Numbered from the stretch's first letter, positions 40,175 through 53,519 are shown. The stretch is DNA of 64,000 bases from Chrysomallon squamiferum (GCA_012295275.1 CM022673.1:13206001-13270000), one strand, 5' to 3'. Translations and numbers: made by a program. The notes: generated by a model not told the origin, from the letters alone.

Positions 40175-40700
40175 ACATGGGTTAGAATGGAGAATAATGT
40201 AAAATAATTCATCAAAAACAGTTTAAGGTCTCTTCCCAGAGAGAAAACAAATAATCTGGAAGTGCTGAAAACCGGTTGGATTGGCAAAAAAAGAAATAAA
40301 TACTTCAATAACAACTGCTATATGCACTTTTTCATTTATAGAAAAGCATATTTTTGAAGTAGTGGGAGCAGTGGTTAGAACTGAAAATAAATATAAAATG
40401 TCCATCAAGGAGGATTGAACCATTCAATTCAGTTAATCAGATGTAATGTAAATCATCTATGTTCATATTAATACATCCTTGATAATAAGTTTAATCAAAC
40501 TGAAATCTGGTTGGATTGGGAAAAAATATACAAAAATCCATTAAGAACGATTGAGCCTGCAGCCATGTGTACATCAAATAATCCTTCTTTTTTTTTGTAG
40601 TTGAAGCATATATCAGTAGCTCATTTGAGCAAAAAAATTTTTTAAATATATGGAGTTAGTTGGATTGGGAAATAAAGTAAACCATGCACCAAGAAGGCTC
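40175..40700 (-). repeat. Degenerate array of SINE 5'-region fragments
   Basis: GGTTGGATTGGGAAA-like blocks at ~40178, 40274, 40373, 40508 and 40658, some followed by CCATCAAGGAGGATTGAACC-like sequence. They match 23515-23565. Confidence 0.6.
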
Positions 40701-41864
40701 CAGTGTGAAGTCGGTCGTGTCTGAAATCTAAAGTGAGAGATCTACAAAGTAAACATCCAGCTAATCAGTGTTGAAGGACATGTCCACTGTCACATACTGA
40801 CCGCTCACACTGGTCAAACAAGACCACTTGACTGGTAACTGTAACAACCGATGGCTAACATGTGGTCAGACTGTTTGACCAGCAGTGATGATCCTCTTGT
40901 AGACACACTACAAGTGCACTTGTGCTGTTCTTATACAGCACGGTTCTATGATCAAACCCTGCTACTAGAACATATCAAAATAAAACTCGTGTGTGCCATG
41001 TAAATGTACACTACATACACATGTATACATGCATGCATGCACACACATTGCACACACATTGCAATTCAGACTGGTATACTGCAGAATAAAATTCGACTAA
41101 AGATAAAGAATGTATGTTTAAATGATTAAACATAAAAACGAAAGTTAGAGAGAGAGAGTCTGGAAGAGTGAAGGGAAGGAAGGTAATAACATGGAGAAAG
41201 CAAGAAATGGAAAGAAAGAATGCAAAAATAGTACTATGTACTATATAATTAAATAAATATTCATTAATTGAAAAATTAAAAAAAAATAGGGAGTTAATTA
41301 ATTGCAATATTCATTAATTTATTCTTAGAACAAGTCACCTAAATAACCATTAACAATATAAAAAAAAAAATTATAAAAAACTGAGTACATATGCACTTAA
41401 TTCATTTTAATTTTTTTTTTTTTTTCAAAACAGAACAAAGTTTATAAAAAATCAAAAAAAAAAAATCAGAAAAAAAATCTCAACCCATCAAAAGCAGACA
41501 AAAAAAAAAAAAAAAAAAAAATGTCTCATTTGCTGTGGAAATTACACTTCAGAAATGTCAGTTTACCTACAGTTTGCAAACAAGCCCACCAACATGTTTC
41601 TCAAAAACACAATCAGTGGATTTTCCTTAAGGCTAATTAAGGGCTATATTTCATTCTTCGTACTGTATAGCTGTAATGTCAGCCTCAGTTTGCTGTGACA
41701 CACCCGGCTCGCTCTGCCAGCGGCCCACACAGAGACACAGCCCAACCAATTACATCATATTAATTATTCAGAGCAGCAGACAAAGATAAAGGGAGGACTG
41801 GTTATGAGGTGCGTGTCATGTTGCACATCGCAGTGGGTCGTCGTCAACTTATGTTAGGAATCTT

Positions 41865-42620
41865 GTATATCTGATACATAATGTGTGTAATACAAAATGT
41901 ATTGTACAGTACACTAGACATATTATGCATGTACTGACGTAAATTTAGATATTGCTTACATGTACTGATGTAGATTTAGATTTGCTGGTATATACAATAC
42001 GATACATTTATAAACAATACCCAAGACTTATGGTAAATTTGTAGATTTGGTCATGTATACAATACACTAACACACTATGATTTTAAATACATATGTTGAC
42101 GATTTGTAGTTTTTTGTAGTCACCAGTGTATACTAGAAATTCATGATTTTACGTAATGTATTGTAGATCTGGTAGTGAATTAATTATTGCAATAAAATTA
42201 TACACAATATGCTAAGTTTATATGATTTTACTTGTTGTGTATCGTAGACAATATAATATTTATTATTCAATACACCAGAAATAAGTGATTATATAGAAAG
42301 TGAATTCAGTATTTACAAGTGTAATAAAATACTAGAAATACCCAATTTTACACATATACCATGTATTGTACATTATGTCAGCATACATCACAATATAATT
42401 ATACATTATGCAATATACTAGACTTATATGATTATGTATATAGTGTATTTTATGTACATAATGTATATACTGCATAATGTATAATCATATACTAGACTTT
42501 TATGATTATGTATATACTGTATTCCATAGCTGTTGGTATATAACACACTAAACATTACCCAAAAACAGAATTCCGTAACATTTAATTTTATAATATGAAA
42601 TATATTACAGAGCACACCAT
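41865..42620. repeat. Highly decayed AT-rich tandem region
   Basis: Recurrent CAATAC(A)CTAGA...TATGATTTTAC and TGTATTGTA motifs. Confidence 0.5.
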
Positions 42621-42884
42621 GCTAGATTATTAAACAAACTGTACTAGTCAGTGTGTGTGTAATTAAACACGTATTTCATGTTGACACAGAGTGGCTCTGA
42701 GAGGCTCTGCCAGACTTGCAGATTAAGAGGTAAAATAAAAAGAAGATTTCTGGTTTAAACTCAAGGCTCTGGGTTACAGCTGTTTGCTTCAAGGATTTTC
42801 TTAATGCTGGCGATGCGAAAACTCAGTCTCAAAGCTGACAGTCTCGAAAATTTTACACTCTAAATCTCCGGGATTCAAGGCTTA

Positions 42885-43310
42885 GACATGGTGAAAGGGC
42901 TGGTTCTGAATGAAGGAGGTGGTGGGTGGTTTTGACTCAAGGTAAAAGGTATGGTTTTGACATAATGAAAGAAGGGTTGTTTAGAATGAAGGAGATGGAT
43001 GGTTTTGACTCAAGGTTAAAGTATGGTTTTGACATAATGAAAGAAGGGTTGTTTAGAATGAAGGAGATGGATGGTTTTGACTCAAGGTTAAAGTATGGTT
43101 TTGACACAATGAAAGAAGGTTTGTTTAAAACGAAGGAAATGATTGTTTTAGATTCAAGAAGAGTGCATGGATGTTTTGCTCAAGGAAAGAGGGATGGTTT
43201 TGACTAAATAAAATGGCTTTTAGTTTATGAAATAGGGTGTTTTTTAACTAAAGAAAATTGATTTTTAACAAAGGAGAAAGATGATTTAGATCAAAAGAGA
43301 AAGATAGTTT
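42885..43310. repeat. 72-bp tandem repeat built from ~24-bp subunits
   Basis: CATAATGAAAGAAGGG at 42961 and 43033 gives a period of 72, with a third diverged copy. The subunit GGATGGTTTTGACTCAAGG decays to the right. Confidence 0.92.
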
Positions 43311-43527
43311 AGATTGTGGGGTGGCTTACAACTACAGCAGAGATGTGCTTTTGATTATAAACAAAATGTTGCTGTCACCAAATGGGAAGGGCTATTGAGA
43401 CAAAATTTGTGTAGTGGTTTATACAGTTGGGGAGAGGAGCTTTTCTCAAATGGAAAAAAGATTGTTAAACTGAAAATAATGGGTATTTATTAACTGTAGG
43501 GGAAAAGTTATATAAAAAGAAAACTAA

Positions 43528-43618
43528 TCATACATACAAAATCCAGAAGATTTTCTTAGATATTTCTTTAGTACTTACCTGAAAAAGAAGAGAAACAAAG
43601 TGTAAACATATGTTAGAT
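43528..43618 (-). other. Candidate recursive splice site (ratchet point) with 41-nt cryptic exon
   Basis: The minus strand reads atatCTAACatatgtttacactttgtttctcttctttttCAG|GTAAGTac. The branch A is about 34 nt upstream, there is no intervening AG, and the junction is at 43579/43578. A second donor, GTATGT, starts at 43537. Confidence 0.65.
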
Positions 43619-44770
43619 ATTATTATTAAATGTTTTATTTATTTAAAACATAAAATCAATTATTTTTCAGTATAAATAACAGACACACATTTGATACACA
43701 CACAAAATGCAAGTCATACATATAAACACATTTATATACACATTTATATACTTACATACACAAAAAACACACATATACTTACAGACAAATGCACATACAT
43801 GTATATATCTAAATAAACACACAATAACATGCACACAAACATACATGTTACATTCACTCATTCTCACAAATATATTTGAACTCAAACACAAAACTCAAAT
43901 AGCATACAAACACACACACACTCAAATTCACACTCACACAAGCACATATATACATACAAACACATGCACATGCATGCTCACACACATGCAAATGCAAACT
44001 ATATTCTTTACGATAGGCTAACACGACTGTGAACTATGACCCCACATCATGTGACTTGTTGAAAGGTAAGTGCAAGGCACACACAGGTATCTCTACCATC
44101 TCTCAACAGGTAAGATTTAATCACCAGATATATTACATTTTCACCTGTCTGCAATTTAAAGATATATGTACCTGACAGGTTGGAATGGGGAAAAATATTA
44201 ACATTTGAATGAACCTGACAATGGAATCACAAGTGAAGGAGATTTTTAGAAAAAATATCGTTGAAGTTTTTAATCCTGGTTGTCGAGAACTTTGATACGT
44301 ATCAGAAACACAGCGCTGATAAACCAGGTGTGAAAATTCATGGCTGAACAATTCTGTTATTCTTTACCATATCATGAAATCAGTGTTTTGTAATTCATTT
44401 TTTTTTTTTTTATAGTTGGAATAAAGGAACAAAAAGGTTATGAAAATTTATAGATAACTTTTTATTTACAAAATCAGTGTAGTGTATATAAAAATATAAA
44501 GCCCTCCCTACCCAGAGGAATAAAAAAAAAAAAAAAAAAATAAACATTAAACTGGTTCAGTCTTTGACAAAAAGGTTATGAATTTTTTTTTTTTTTTCAT
44601 TAAGATCACTGTAGTGTATATTTTTTAAAAAATGACCACCAACAAAAAGAGAAAAAAAAAAAACTTATTTTCTGATTCCTAATATATATTAAGAATAATA
44701 ACAAATTTTAAATTTCTTCTACTAAATCATTTGGTGTGTTATAAATTAAACAGAATAAAAAGCAAGGAAA

Positions 44771-44809
<39 letters not shown>

Positions 44810-45786
44810 ATTAATTAAAAAAGTAACAGAAAAAGAAGATAGAGATAGAAAAAAAAAAAAAAATAAAGAAACTGTGAGAGAAATAAAAACCTCATTACTA
44901 ATGAGAGGGTTTTTTTTTTGGAAGTGTCATAGCTTAAATTCCTCCATATGTTATACTGAACCACACTCTTTATCTGAATGAAATATATTTTCTCAGAGTC
45001 ATAAAACAGTCAGTCAGTTAATCAAAGCTTTATCTCTATAAAGTATATTTGTTTTCAGTGAAATGGCTGCCAGCTCAACACACAGGTCAAGATGCATGGA
45101 CAGGTGGACAGTAAAAATCTGCAAATAAGACAGACATCTGCAATCAAACACACTGTAAAGATAGTTTGAGTTTCAGTTTTAAAAAAAAAAACTTATATGT
45201 TTGGGTTTGAGATAACTAATCTTTTATTAATAGTGATAGAATAGATAGATGGGTAGATAGATAAATAAAAAATAAATAAAAAATACATAAATAAAAAGAA
45301 CCATAGATAAAAAGATAAATTAAAAAAGAGAGTTAGATGGACTGATATAGACAGAAAGAAAGATAAATAAACAAATGATGATGATATAACAGAGACAATA
45401 ACAATAACAATAATAATAATAATAACAATAATAACAGTAATATAACAATAATAATAAGAAGACGAAGAAGAATATCATTTACTATCTTTATAAAAAGTGA
45501 GAGGAAAAGTCTGAATCCAGTTTATTTAATTAGCATCATTTCAAGTTACTTCCCCTTGTTGATTCTCATTTGCTGATATCATACACTATTTTCTATACAG
45601 CAATTAATTGAAAAGGAAATTTATATTGTTACTGCATGAACTGTGTCATTAAAACTGAATGACTTTTCAAAGAATCTCCTTTGTGAATTGCCTTTGATTG
45701 CAGAGAATCAATCAAGAGTCAATTACGTCTGAACCAATATCATCAATAAGTAAAGATTAAAAAACAGGAAGGAATTTACCTTGATG

Positions 45787-46266
45787 CAGGTAATAATTTA
45801 GTCATGCACTAAGAACATTACATCAGCACTGTGGAATTTCACCTGGAACATGTATGAAATATGTCATAGGTAGATGTTAGATTTGCATTAGAGATGAAAC
45901 GTAATATAATGTGGATAGGAAATTAATCTGCAGGCTGATCAGATGATATAGAAGGTAAGAAATGGTTTACCTGTGAGAGGTACAATTTACCTGAGATATA
46001 CAGAAAATTAACAAAGATGGGCAAGGAATCACCTCAATTGACAAAGTTTCACCTGACGATGATAACAGTACACCTGAAGCAGGTACAAACTTTACCTGAG
46101 TGTCTTTAATAACACATTAGTCATTTGTTTTAAAAATCTTTCATGGAATAACTGATCAAACATTTTCATTTCAGTGTTGTCTGAAGCCAGTGATCAAAGA
46201 TACAAAGTGATTAAACATTCACACACTTTGATCTACTTGCACAGGTAAAAAAAAAAAACTCACCTG
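45787..46266. promoter_or_regulatory. Homotypic cluster of CAGGT[A/G] motifs
   Basis: Ten exact CAGGTR or YACCTG sites in 480 bp, on both strands, in sequence without an obvious tandem period. Confidence 0.5.
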
Positions 46267-47394
46267 GGTGGAGGTGTTAAAAAAACCTTGCAGCAAAGTA
46301 AAGTCAACAAGTATATAAAAAAAAAAAAAATCTTAATCATTCATTAAACGCGTTCAATACTGCAACTTAATGCTACTCCCTCCACTGGGCATGTCAGTCA
46401 CTGAGTTCACTCCCCTTGTTTAATAATACCCTACTAAACAATGGCGTGGCATTGAAAATCAAAGAGTGAAGCAATTTAACTTTTAATAACTGCCTCCTCC
46501 ATTAAGTGCATGGTGACAGATGAACACACGCACAGACATTGTGTCTGACTGTTGTCTGGAACCATATCATCGTTTCAAACAAAAAGAAACATATTGATAC
46601 TCTGCAATTAATTCTTTATTGCCCTGCAGTGAAGTTTCCTTGGTTAATTTTTAATTATTTTCTTTTTTTTTCTTTAAATTCCTTATCAGTGCAATCTCTG
46701 CTGTGATAAATTTGTTATAAACCTGGCTACAGTTTGTTTTCAATTACAAAATGGAAACCATTTTACACTCAGATACACACTGACATACCAGTGCACAGTC
46801 AGTCAGACTTACAAACACTTTCATACAAAACTCAGATGTACTGAATGATATGCTTAATAACAGACAGACGGACCATTACAAACACCCAAGTATAGAAAAA
46901 TACAGACATACAGATAAAAAATTAAAACCACAGAAACAGTATGCACCTTTGCAGAAACACAGACTGATAAAATATATACAAATACAAATTTAGATATACA
47001 GACACTAACATTTTCTGCACAATGCAGCACATACCCACTAGTTTCGTTAAAAGTCAAAACATAACTGTAAAGTAATATTTGGATCCGTAAAATTTAACAG
47101 AATTTATACTTTCTTTCTAAACAGGTGTATCTGACATTTTATAAAAGGTACATTTTATTTAAAACAAAACATTTTAAAATTTATATTTTCTTTGAATAAA
47201 TGTATTAGATTTAATAAAATTTATATATATATATACTGTTTTTAATACAAATGCAATTTTAAACATAAGAAAAATAAATAAATTTTACGAGTGAGAGTAT
47301 TTTTCTAAATTAATGAAGGTAATGATTAATTTCTCTCACAGGTGCCACTTCTTTCCAGAGGTGCAAAAAAAAAAAAAGACTGAGCTAGTATTCA

Positions 47395-47426
<32 letters not shown>

Positions 47427-48277
47427 TTTATGGCTCAGATTAGATTAGATTAGAATGGGAAAAGCAGTAAATTCCAGTTACATTTGAGACAGTTTGATCC
47501 TGTAACCTTTTACATTTACAACTGAAGTTAAATCCAGCCTGACAGATGAAAATAAATTGCTGTGTAAAGTTTTATTATACTTATTTGATAGTTTGGTTTT
47601 TGAAAGCACAAATCCCTGCAAAGTCTTTTACAAAGAATAACTTCAGTGAATATAAATTAAAACACAAAAGAAATGTCCCCTGTCAAAAAAACCCAAATAT
47701 AAAGTAAGAAATATATGTCCACCATCAAAAATAAAAAGCAAAAAAAAAACCCCCAAATATATGTCCACTGTCAAAAAAAAAATAATCCAATACAAAATAA
47801 ACAACTACAAACAAAAATAACCATAAAAATAAATGTCTCCTATGAACAATCACTTAAAGAAAGACAGTATCTATTTTTTATTATTATTCATTACCAGAAA
47901 CCAAAATGTTTTATAATTTCAATCTTTATGTAGATTATGTGAAAACATTTTGCAGGATAACATTCCTTTTGAAGAGGTGTAACATTCAGGTTCCCAGACA
48001 CATGCAATTTGGAGATTAATATCGTACCCAAAAGGTCACAATATATATTCATATATGTTATGCTTGCCGGCACGTTAAACTTCATGGTCCGCAAGTAATT
48101 TTGAAATTATCATTTCCTACATGGTGGAGAGTTTAACTGGATGATCCCAGGAGTCACAGAAGGGAGGCAGTAAAAATAAACTGTTCTGCCAGTTAGGGCA
48201 GTTTGAAAACATCAAATGAGTTTGTAATGTGCAGAGCAATGAGAGACCGACTTGGTTAGGAAGTGTTCAATTTTGTT

Positions 48278-48280
<3 letters not shown>

Positions 48281-48352
<72 letters not shown>
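48281..48352. repeat. (GA)n microsatellite
   Basis: Perfect GA run of about 36 units. Confidence 0.97.
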
Positions 48353-48356
<4 letters not shown>

Positions 48357-49239
48357 GTGTGTGTGTCTATTTGTATGTATGGGCGTTTGTTTTTATGTGT
48401 GACTGAGAGTATGAAAATGTGTATATAACTGATGTGTGTATTTCAGTGTGTATATATTTATGTGTTTTGTTATGTTTGTTTATGTATGTATCAATATTTA
48501 ATGTACATATCTACTCATCTATATTCAGTGTTTATGTCTGTATGTATGTCCATCTTTGAACATATCAATCTTTTTTTGTTGAATTGGTTCACAAATGCTC
48601 ATGTATATTTATGTGTGTGTATGTTTGCATATATATTTGTATGTCTAAAGATATATTTCCACTATTTGTTTTTCTACATGTATGCTTTATAGATATAATC
48701 AAGGTTACAAAAAAAACCAAATTCACCACATAACACTAAAGCATTATTTAATTAATATTAACAACTAATCTGTTTATCCCAATCTAACCAATTACCCCTT
48801 TTCTGAACATTAAATTTGTTTTACTGCTTTTAGTTTCAAAAGCCAGGTGTAAATTTTGGTAATCATTTCAGGGAGGATTAAATTCATCTGGAATTATTAA
48901 CTGTATTTTACACCTGGTCTTGATTTACCTGAAGGAAGGTGTTATTGCATTAATGTTTCTCCAGGTGATGGTCAGAAAGGTTTTGACTACTTTATGTGTT
49001 TGTTTAGATTTCTGAAAACTCATAGCAGTTGTATGGCTGATAAAGAGAGAAAATCAAAAATAAAAAAGATAAATAATTTTATTTATATAAAAAAAAGCAA
49101 ACATTTTTAATGTAAATAAAAAGAAAAAATTTATTAATTTTATATAAAAAAAAAGAAAAAAGTGAAAATAATAAAAATAAATAAATAAATAAATAAAAAA
49201 TAAAAATAATAAAAAAAAAATCTGAACCCATGTGAAAAT

Positions 49240-49271
<32 letters not shown>

Positions 49272-49892
49272 CAGCTGAATTATTTATAAGATAATTTGAC
49301 AGTGAAATCTTCAAAAAAAAAAAAAAAAAAAAAAAATTATAATAATAATAATAATAAAATAAAATTAAATTAAAATTAAAATTAAACAATTCTGTTTAAA
49401 TATTCAACATTCAAATAAGATAAAAAAAAAAAAAAAAAAAAAATGAATATTAAAAATAAAGAATATTTAAAATTTAGATAACTAAAAATTAAAAATAGGT
49501 TAAGTATAAGCAACTCTAAAGAATTTAAAACAAAAAATAAAATTTAAAACAAGAGCAACCAAAAAAATAATCCAATTATTTTCAGTGATAATGTTTGATT
49601 TCTGAAGTTAAATTAAAGAAAAAATTTAAAAACAATCCAATTTCTCTCTTTATTCTTTGTTAATCATTTGAGAAAATTCATTTTTTTCCAATTTTTCTTG
49701 TAAATGAAGGATGAAAGATTGTGGAATTTTTTTAAAGAAAATTTTCTCTTAAATTAAATTGTAAAGTGGTAAAATGAAAGTAAGAAAATGAAATAGAGGA
49801 ATGGAAGCTGGATCTATGATTGGTGGGTAATGTGCTTTCATGTGGATATACATCTTTTGTGTGTTATTTCCGTGTATGTGCATATGTGTGTT

Positions 49893-49941
<49 letters not shown>

Positions 49942-52532
49942 AAATAGGGTAGGGTGTGTGTTTTGTGTATTTGATTGAGGGTAGTAAAAACATTATAAAC
50001 TGTATGTCTTTAACAACAATCTTGAATTTTAAACACGTAAATGCACAAATCAGCCACCAACACCCCCCACCCCGGTCACATACTTTGCGATATAAAATTG
50101 ACCTTGAACTTTTAATTTCCAGAAATTTTGAAACCCGTTACCATCATAGGATATGCCCATTCAAGTGGATAACGGCAAAGTGAAATTTCCATTTTATTAA
50201 TACATACCCAGATATTTGATATGCGAAATATTTCACACTAGGGGGAACGAAACTCAGTAAGAGGCTGGGATCTGACCATGACCCTTTCTGCGGTGATCTA
50301 GATACCTCGTACTGTGACCTTGACACTCTGTACTATCCACCATAAAATTGATTTCATTTTTTTTCAGGATATCAAAGTGTTTTACCTAATGAGCCATCAA
50401 ATTTACCAGTATAATTACACACGGTGACAAAGTAACATCTGTTGTGAAACACTGTAAAATGCATCGTTTCCTGGAAAGTGTAGTGTAATAACACATATAA
50501 AAAATATATATATATAAATAAATAAATACGTAATAAAAACAAACAAACAAACAAATAAATAAATATCTGTTATATTTGTTTCGTGGTTTATATATTTTAT
50601 GAATGTTACTTTCAATCAATCAAAAAGTTGGAAGAAAGTGCGTGAATGTGCGCGTTTTCGTTGTTATTTTATTTGTTTTCAAACTTAATCTAAATTTAAC
50701 ATAAATGCAAAATAATTTAAAAATATAAATAAAGAAGAAATTAATTCAAAAGTAACTGTAATAATAAAATATATAAAGAGATTAACATAAAATTCAACAA
50801 GTAATTAAGTAAACTTAAAAAAAAAAATGGCTTCTCACATTATCGGAGAACGTCAAGATACGCAATGCGGACTAACTGACTGTAGATGGTCTCAAGCCAC
50901 AGTTTGAAATGACAGATCTTTGCCAGCGATACTTGTTACGAAGTGCACTTAAGATGAAAAATGGCATAACCCCCTTGTGTACAGACAACACATACCAGCT
51001 GATGTAATCTCACAGAGTATGTATTGTTATGAATATTGGTAATTAGACTGTCTGAACTCCAGTATGTGGAAGTTAAATACAGTGCTCGTTTTTATAATAT
51101 TTTATACTACGGAACGTTTTGGAAGTATGTTTAAAGAGAAGGGAAGGCTTGAAGACAGAAAAAGAAGAAGATATACATACAGACAGATAGAGAGAAATAT
51201 GAGAGACTGAGAAAACTGGAGACAAACCAGAGAGAGGGAGAGAATGTGATAAATAGTGAGATGGAGAGAAAAATAAAAGAGAGAGAAAGCATGACAAAGA
51301 AAGACAAAGGAAGAGACAGAGATACGAAGAGAGGAAGAAGGAGATAAAGAGACAAAGAGAGAGAGAGAGCGATTTAAAAATGAAGATGGAATATTAAAGA
51401 AGAGAAAAATACACGAAAGAAGAGGAAAAGAAATATAGGCAGAGAAAGAGAGAAAGGAAAAGATAAATTTGTGGATTTTGTTACTGTATATAATACTGCA
51501 AATATGTGTTTTTGTCTGTCTATCTGTCTATCTATTTATGTGTGTGTGTGAGATGAGAGAGAGAGAGAGAGTGTTAATGAATACTATTTTTAACAGTGAA
51601 AAAAAAATGTCTTCATATAATCTGCAACAATCTAATACATTTTTTAAAAAAAATTCTTTTTACTGCAGTTTTTTCTTGTTTTTACATTTACTGACAGTTT
51701 GCTTATAAGCAAAACATTTTTCCTTTATATTCAAGACAGAGAATTAATAATAATAAAAAAAATAATAATAATAATAATAACAAAAAATAAAAACCCACAG
51801 AAACTTGACAGCAACATAATAAGCAAGCTATGCCTATTGTTGAAATTCTGACTGGTGATGAAATATATAGATTATTCATTAATAAATTTCTTTTGCATAA
51901 AATTCCTTTTAGTAGCTTAAAGAAACAGTCAGTACAAGGTGCAGTTCAAGGAAGTGTAGATCATTCTATGCTCATGATAATTAAAGATTAAAAATTGTTA
52001 TTTTCATATATATTCATCAAAGATTCTAAATATAATTTTCTTCATAATTATTATTTTTTAATACATTTGTATATATATCAGTAAATCTTCGGTAATTTAC
52101 TTTACATCAAAATTATTATAAAAATATTTTAGATGCTTCCATTATCTTCTTATATTTTGTTTGTTCGCAGAAATGTACTTTCTTCCTATCAATTACAGAG
52201 AAGCACAGAAAACAACCCGAAACGACCAAATTTTTCAATTTGTTCCGAAATGAAAACGGCATGACATATTATAAAAAAAAATATAAAAAATAAATGTTTT
52301 TAAAAATGCAATCACTATTACAGGAAGTACTATAATTAATTAAAATCAACGGGAACACATTTTCTTGCAGACCGGCATCGGAGTCGTGTTTCTGTAAACA
52401 GCGAGTGACATCTACTGGCGTGTACACACGATTACTCCAAGGAAATTACAGTGTTTACGCAGAGCTGACTCAAAAGCTGTGAAAAGACGGCTGGAATCTG
52501 AGAACAGCGTCGTGGCCTTCCTTTCCAGCTAC

Positions 52533-52590
52533 GACTTGTAGCTGAATTCAAACAACGACACACTCACAGACTTGTAGCTGAATTCAAACA
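52533..52590 (+). repeat. Perfect 22-bp direct repeat with 14-bp spacer
   Basis: GACTTGTAGCTGAATTCAAACA at 52533-52554 and 52569-52590. Confidence 0.95.
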
Positions 52591-53519
52591 CTCGCGTCCG
52601 AGTAAAGTCAGCATTCCTCGTTTAATGAACATTTGCACTCTCGCTAAATGGCGGAATGCGTGGGGCTTCGTTAAACTTCTAAATCTAAGACCATTTTTGA
52701 AATAAAACTAAAAAACCCAGTAAAACTTTTTTGTTTTTTGTTTTTTTTTTTAATAAAAAAAGGATAAAACTTTTTTTTTTGAAATGAAAAAGGATAAAAC
52801 CAATTTTTTAAATAAAAAGATAAAACCATTTTTTAATTAAAAATAGATGAAATATTTTTTTGAAAGATTTTTTTTAGAACTAAATTATTTGGGTACTTAT
52901 GTACTTATTGTAAATTCATTATCAGTATAAACTAAATTCTTCAGTTTTTAATAAAACGTTCAGAATATAAAACACATTTGTAACAGCTATTCTGCAGAAA
53001 AAAGAGAAAAAAAAATAAAAATAAATAAAAGGTCCTATTAAAATTTTAACCATATTTGAAAAAACACACAAAGACTATTCCTGTTATTGGATTAGGAACA
53101 GAAGTTCATAGTGTTTTCAAAGTGAAATTCAAAGACAATATTTGGATATTTGTACACTGATTTTTTTTTTAACCACATGTGCACCATTTTGTTTTACTGT
53201 CTTTCACTGTCTTTGTGGCAGATTCATGATTTCATACTCGCGCAACTTGGCAACTTTCTGGGTGATGAACTGGTCTGAACCCAGTATTTTCTTTTCATTC
53301 CTGAACATACCTGTTATACTATTTATTTCCCATTCTAACCAGAGAACCATCATGCTTTCCTGTCCACTGAAAAATGCCTTTTATTCTAACACTTCAAAAA
53401 AGTTAGTAACATGAAATTAATGTGTTTGTTCTGTCTTGCAAACCATTTTACATTTCTACCTATCAGTTTAACAATGCATTGAAGTTTAAATAAATTAACG
53501 TTCTTTTATTATATATATA

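Noticed and set aside
42926-43207. Repeat-containing 93-aa ORF as a real protein
   Set aside because: Explained by a 72-bp tandem repeat. It starts at GTG and has no exon signals.
44085-44116. Plus-strand CAG|GTAAGA at 44109/44110 as a recursive site
   Set aside because: The pyrimidine tract is interrupted, another AG lies about 23 nt upstream, and there is no clear branch point. It is better explained as part of a CAGGTR cluster.
50350-50430. Strong plus-strand acceptor (T-run followed by cag|) at ~50367
   Set aside because: No good donor follows, and poly(T)+CAG is common by chance in this base composition.
52533-52590. Repeat-spacer-repeat as a mini CRISPR
   Set aside because: Only two repeats, a 14-bp spacer and a eukaryotic context.
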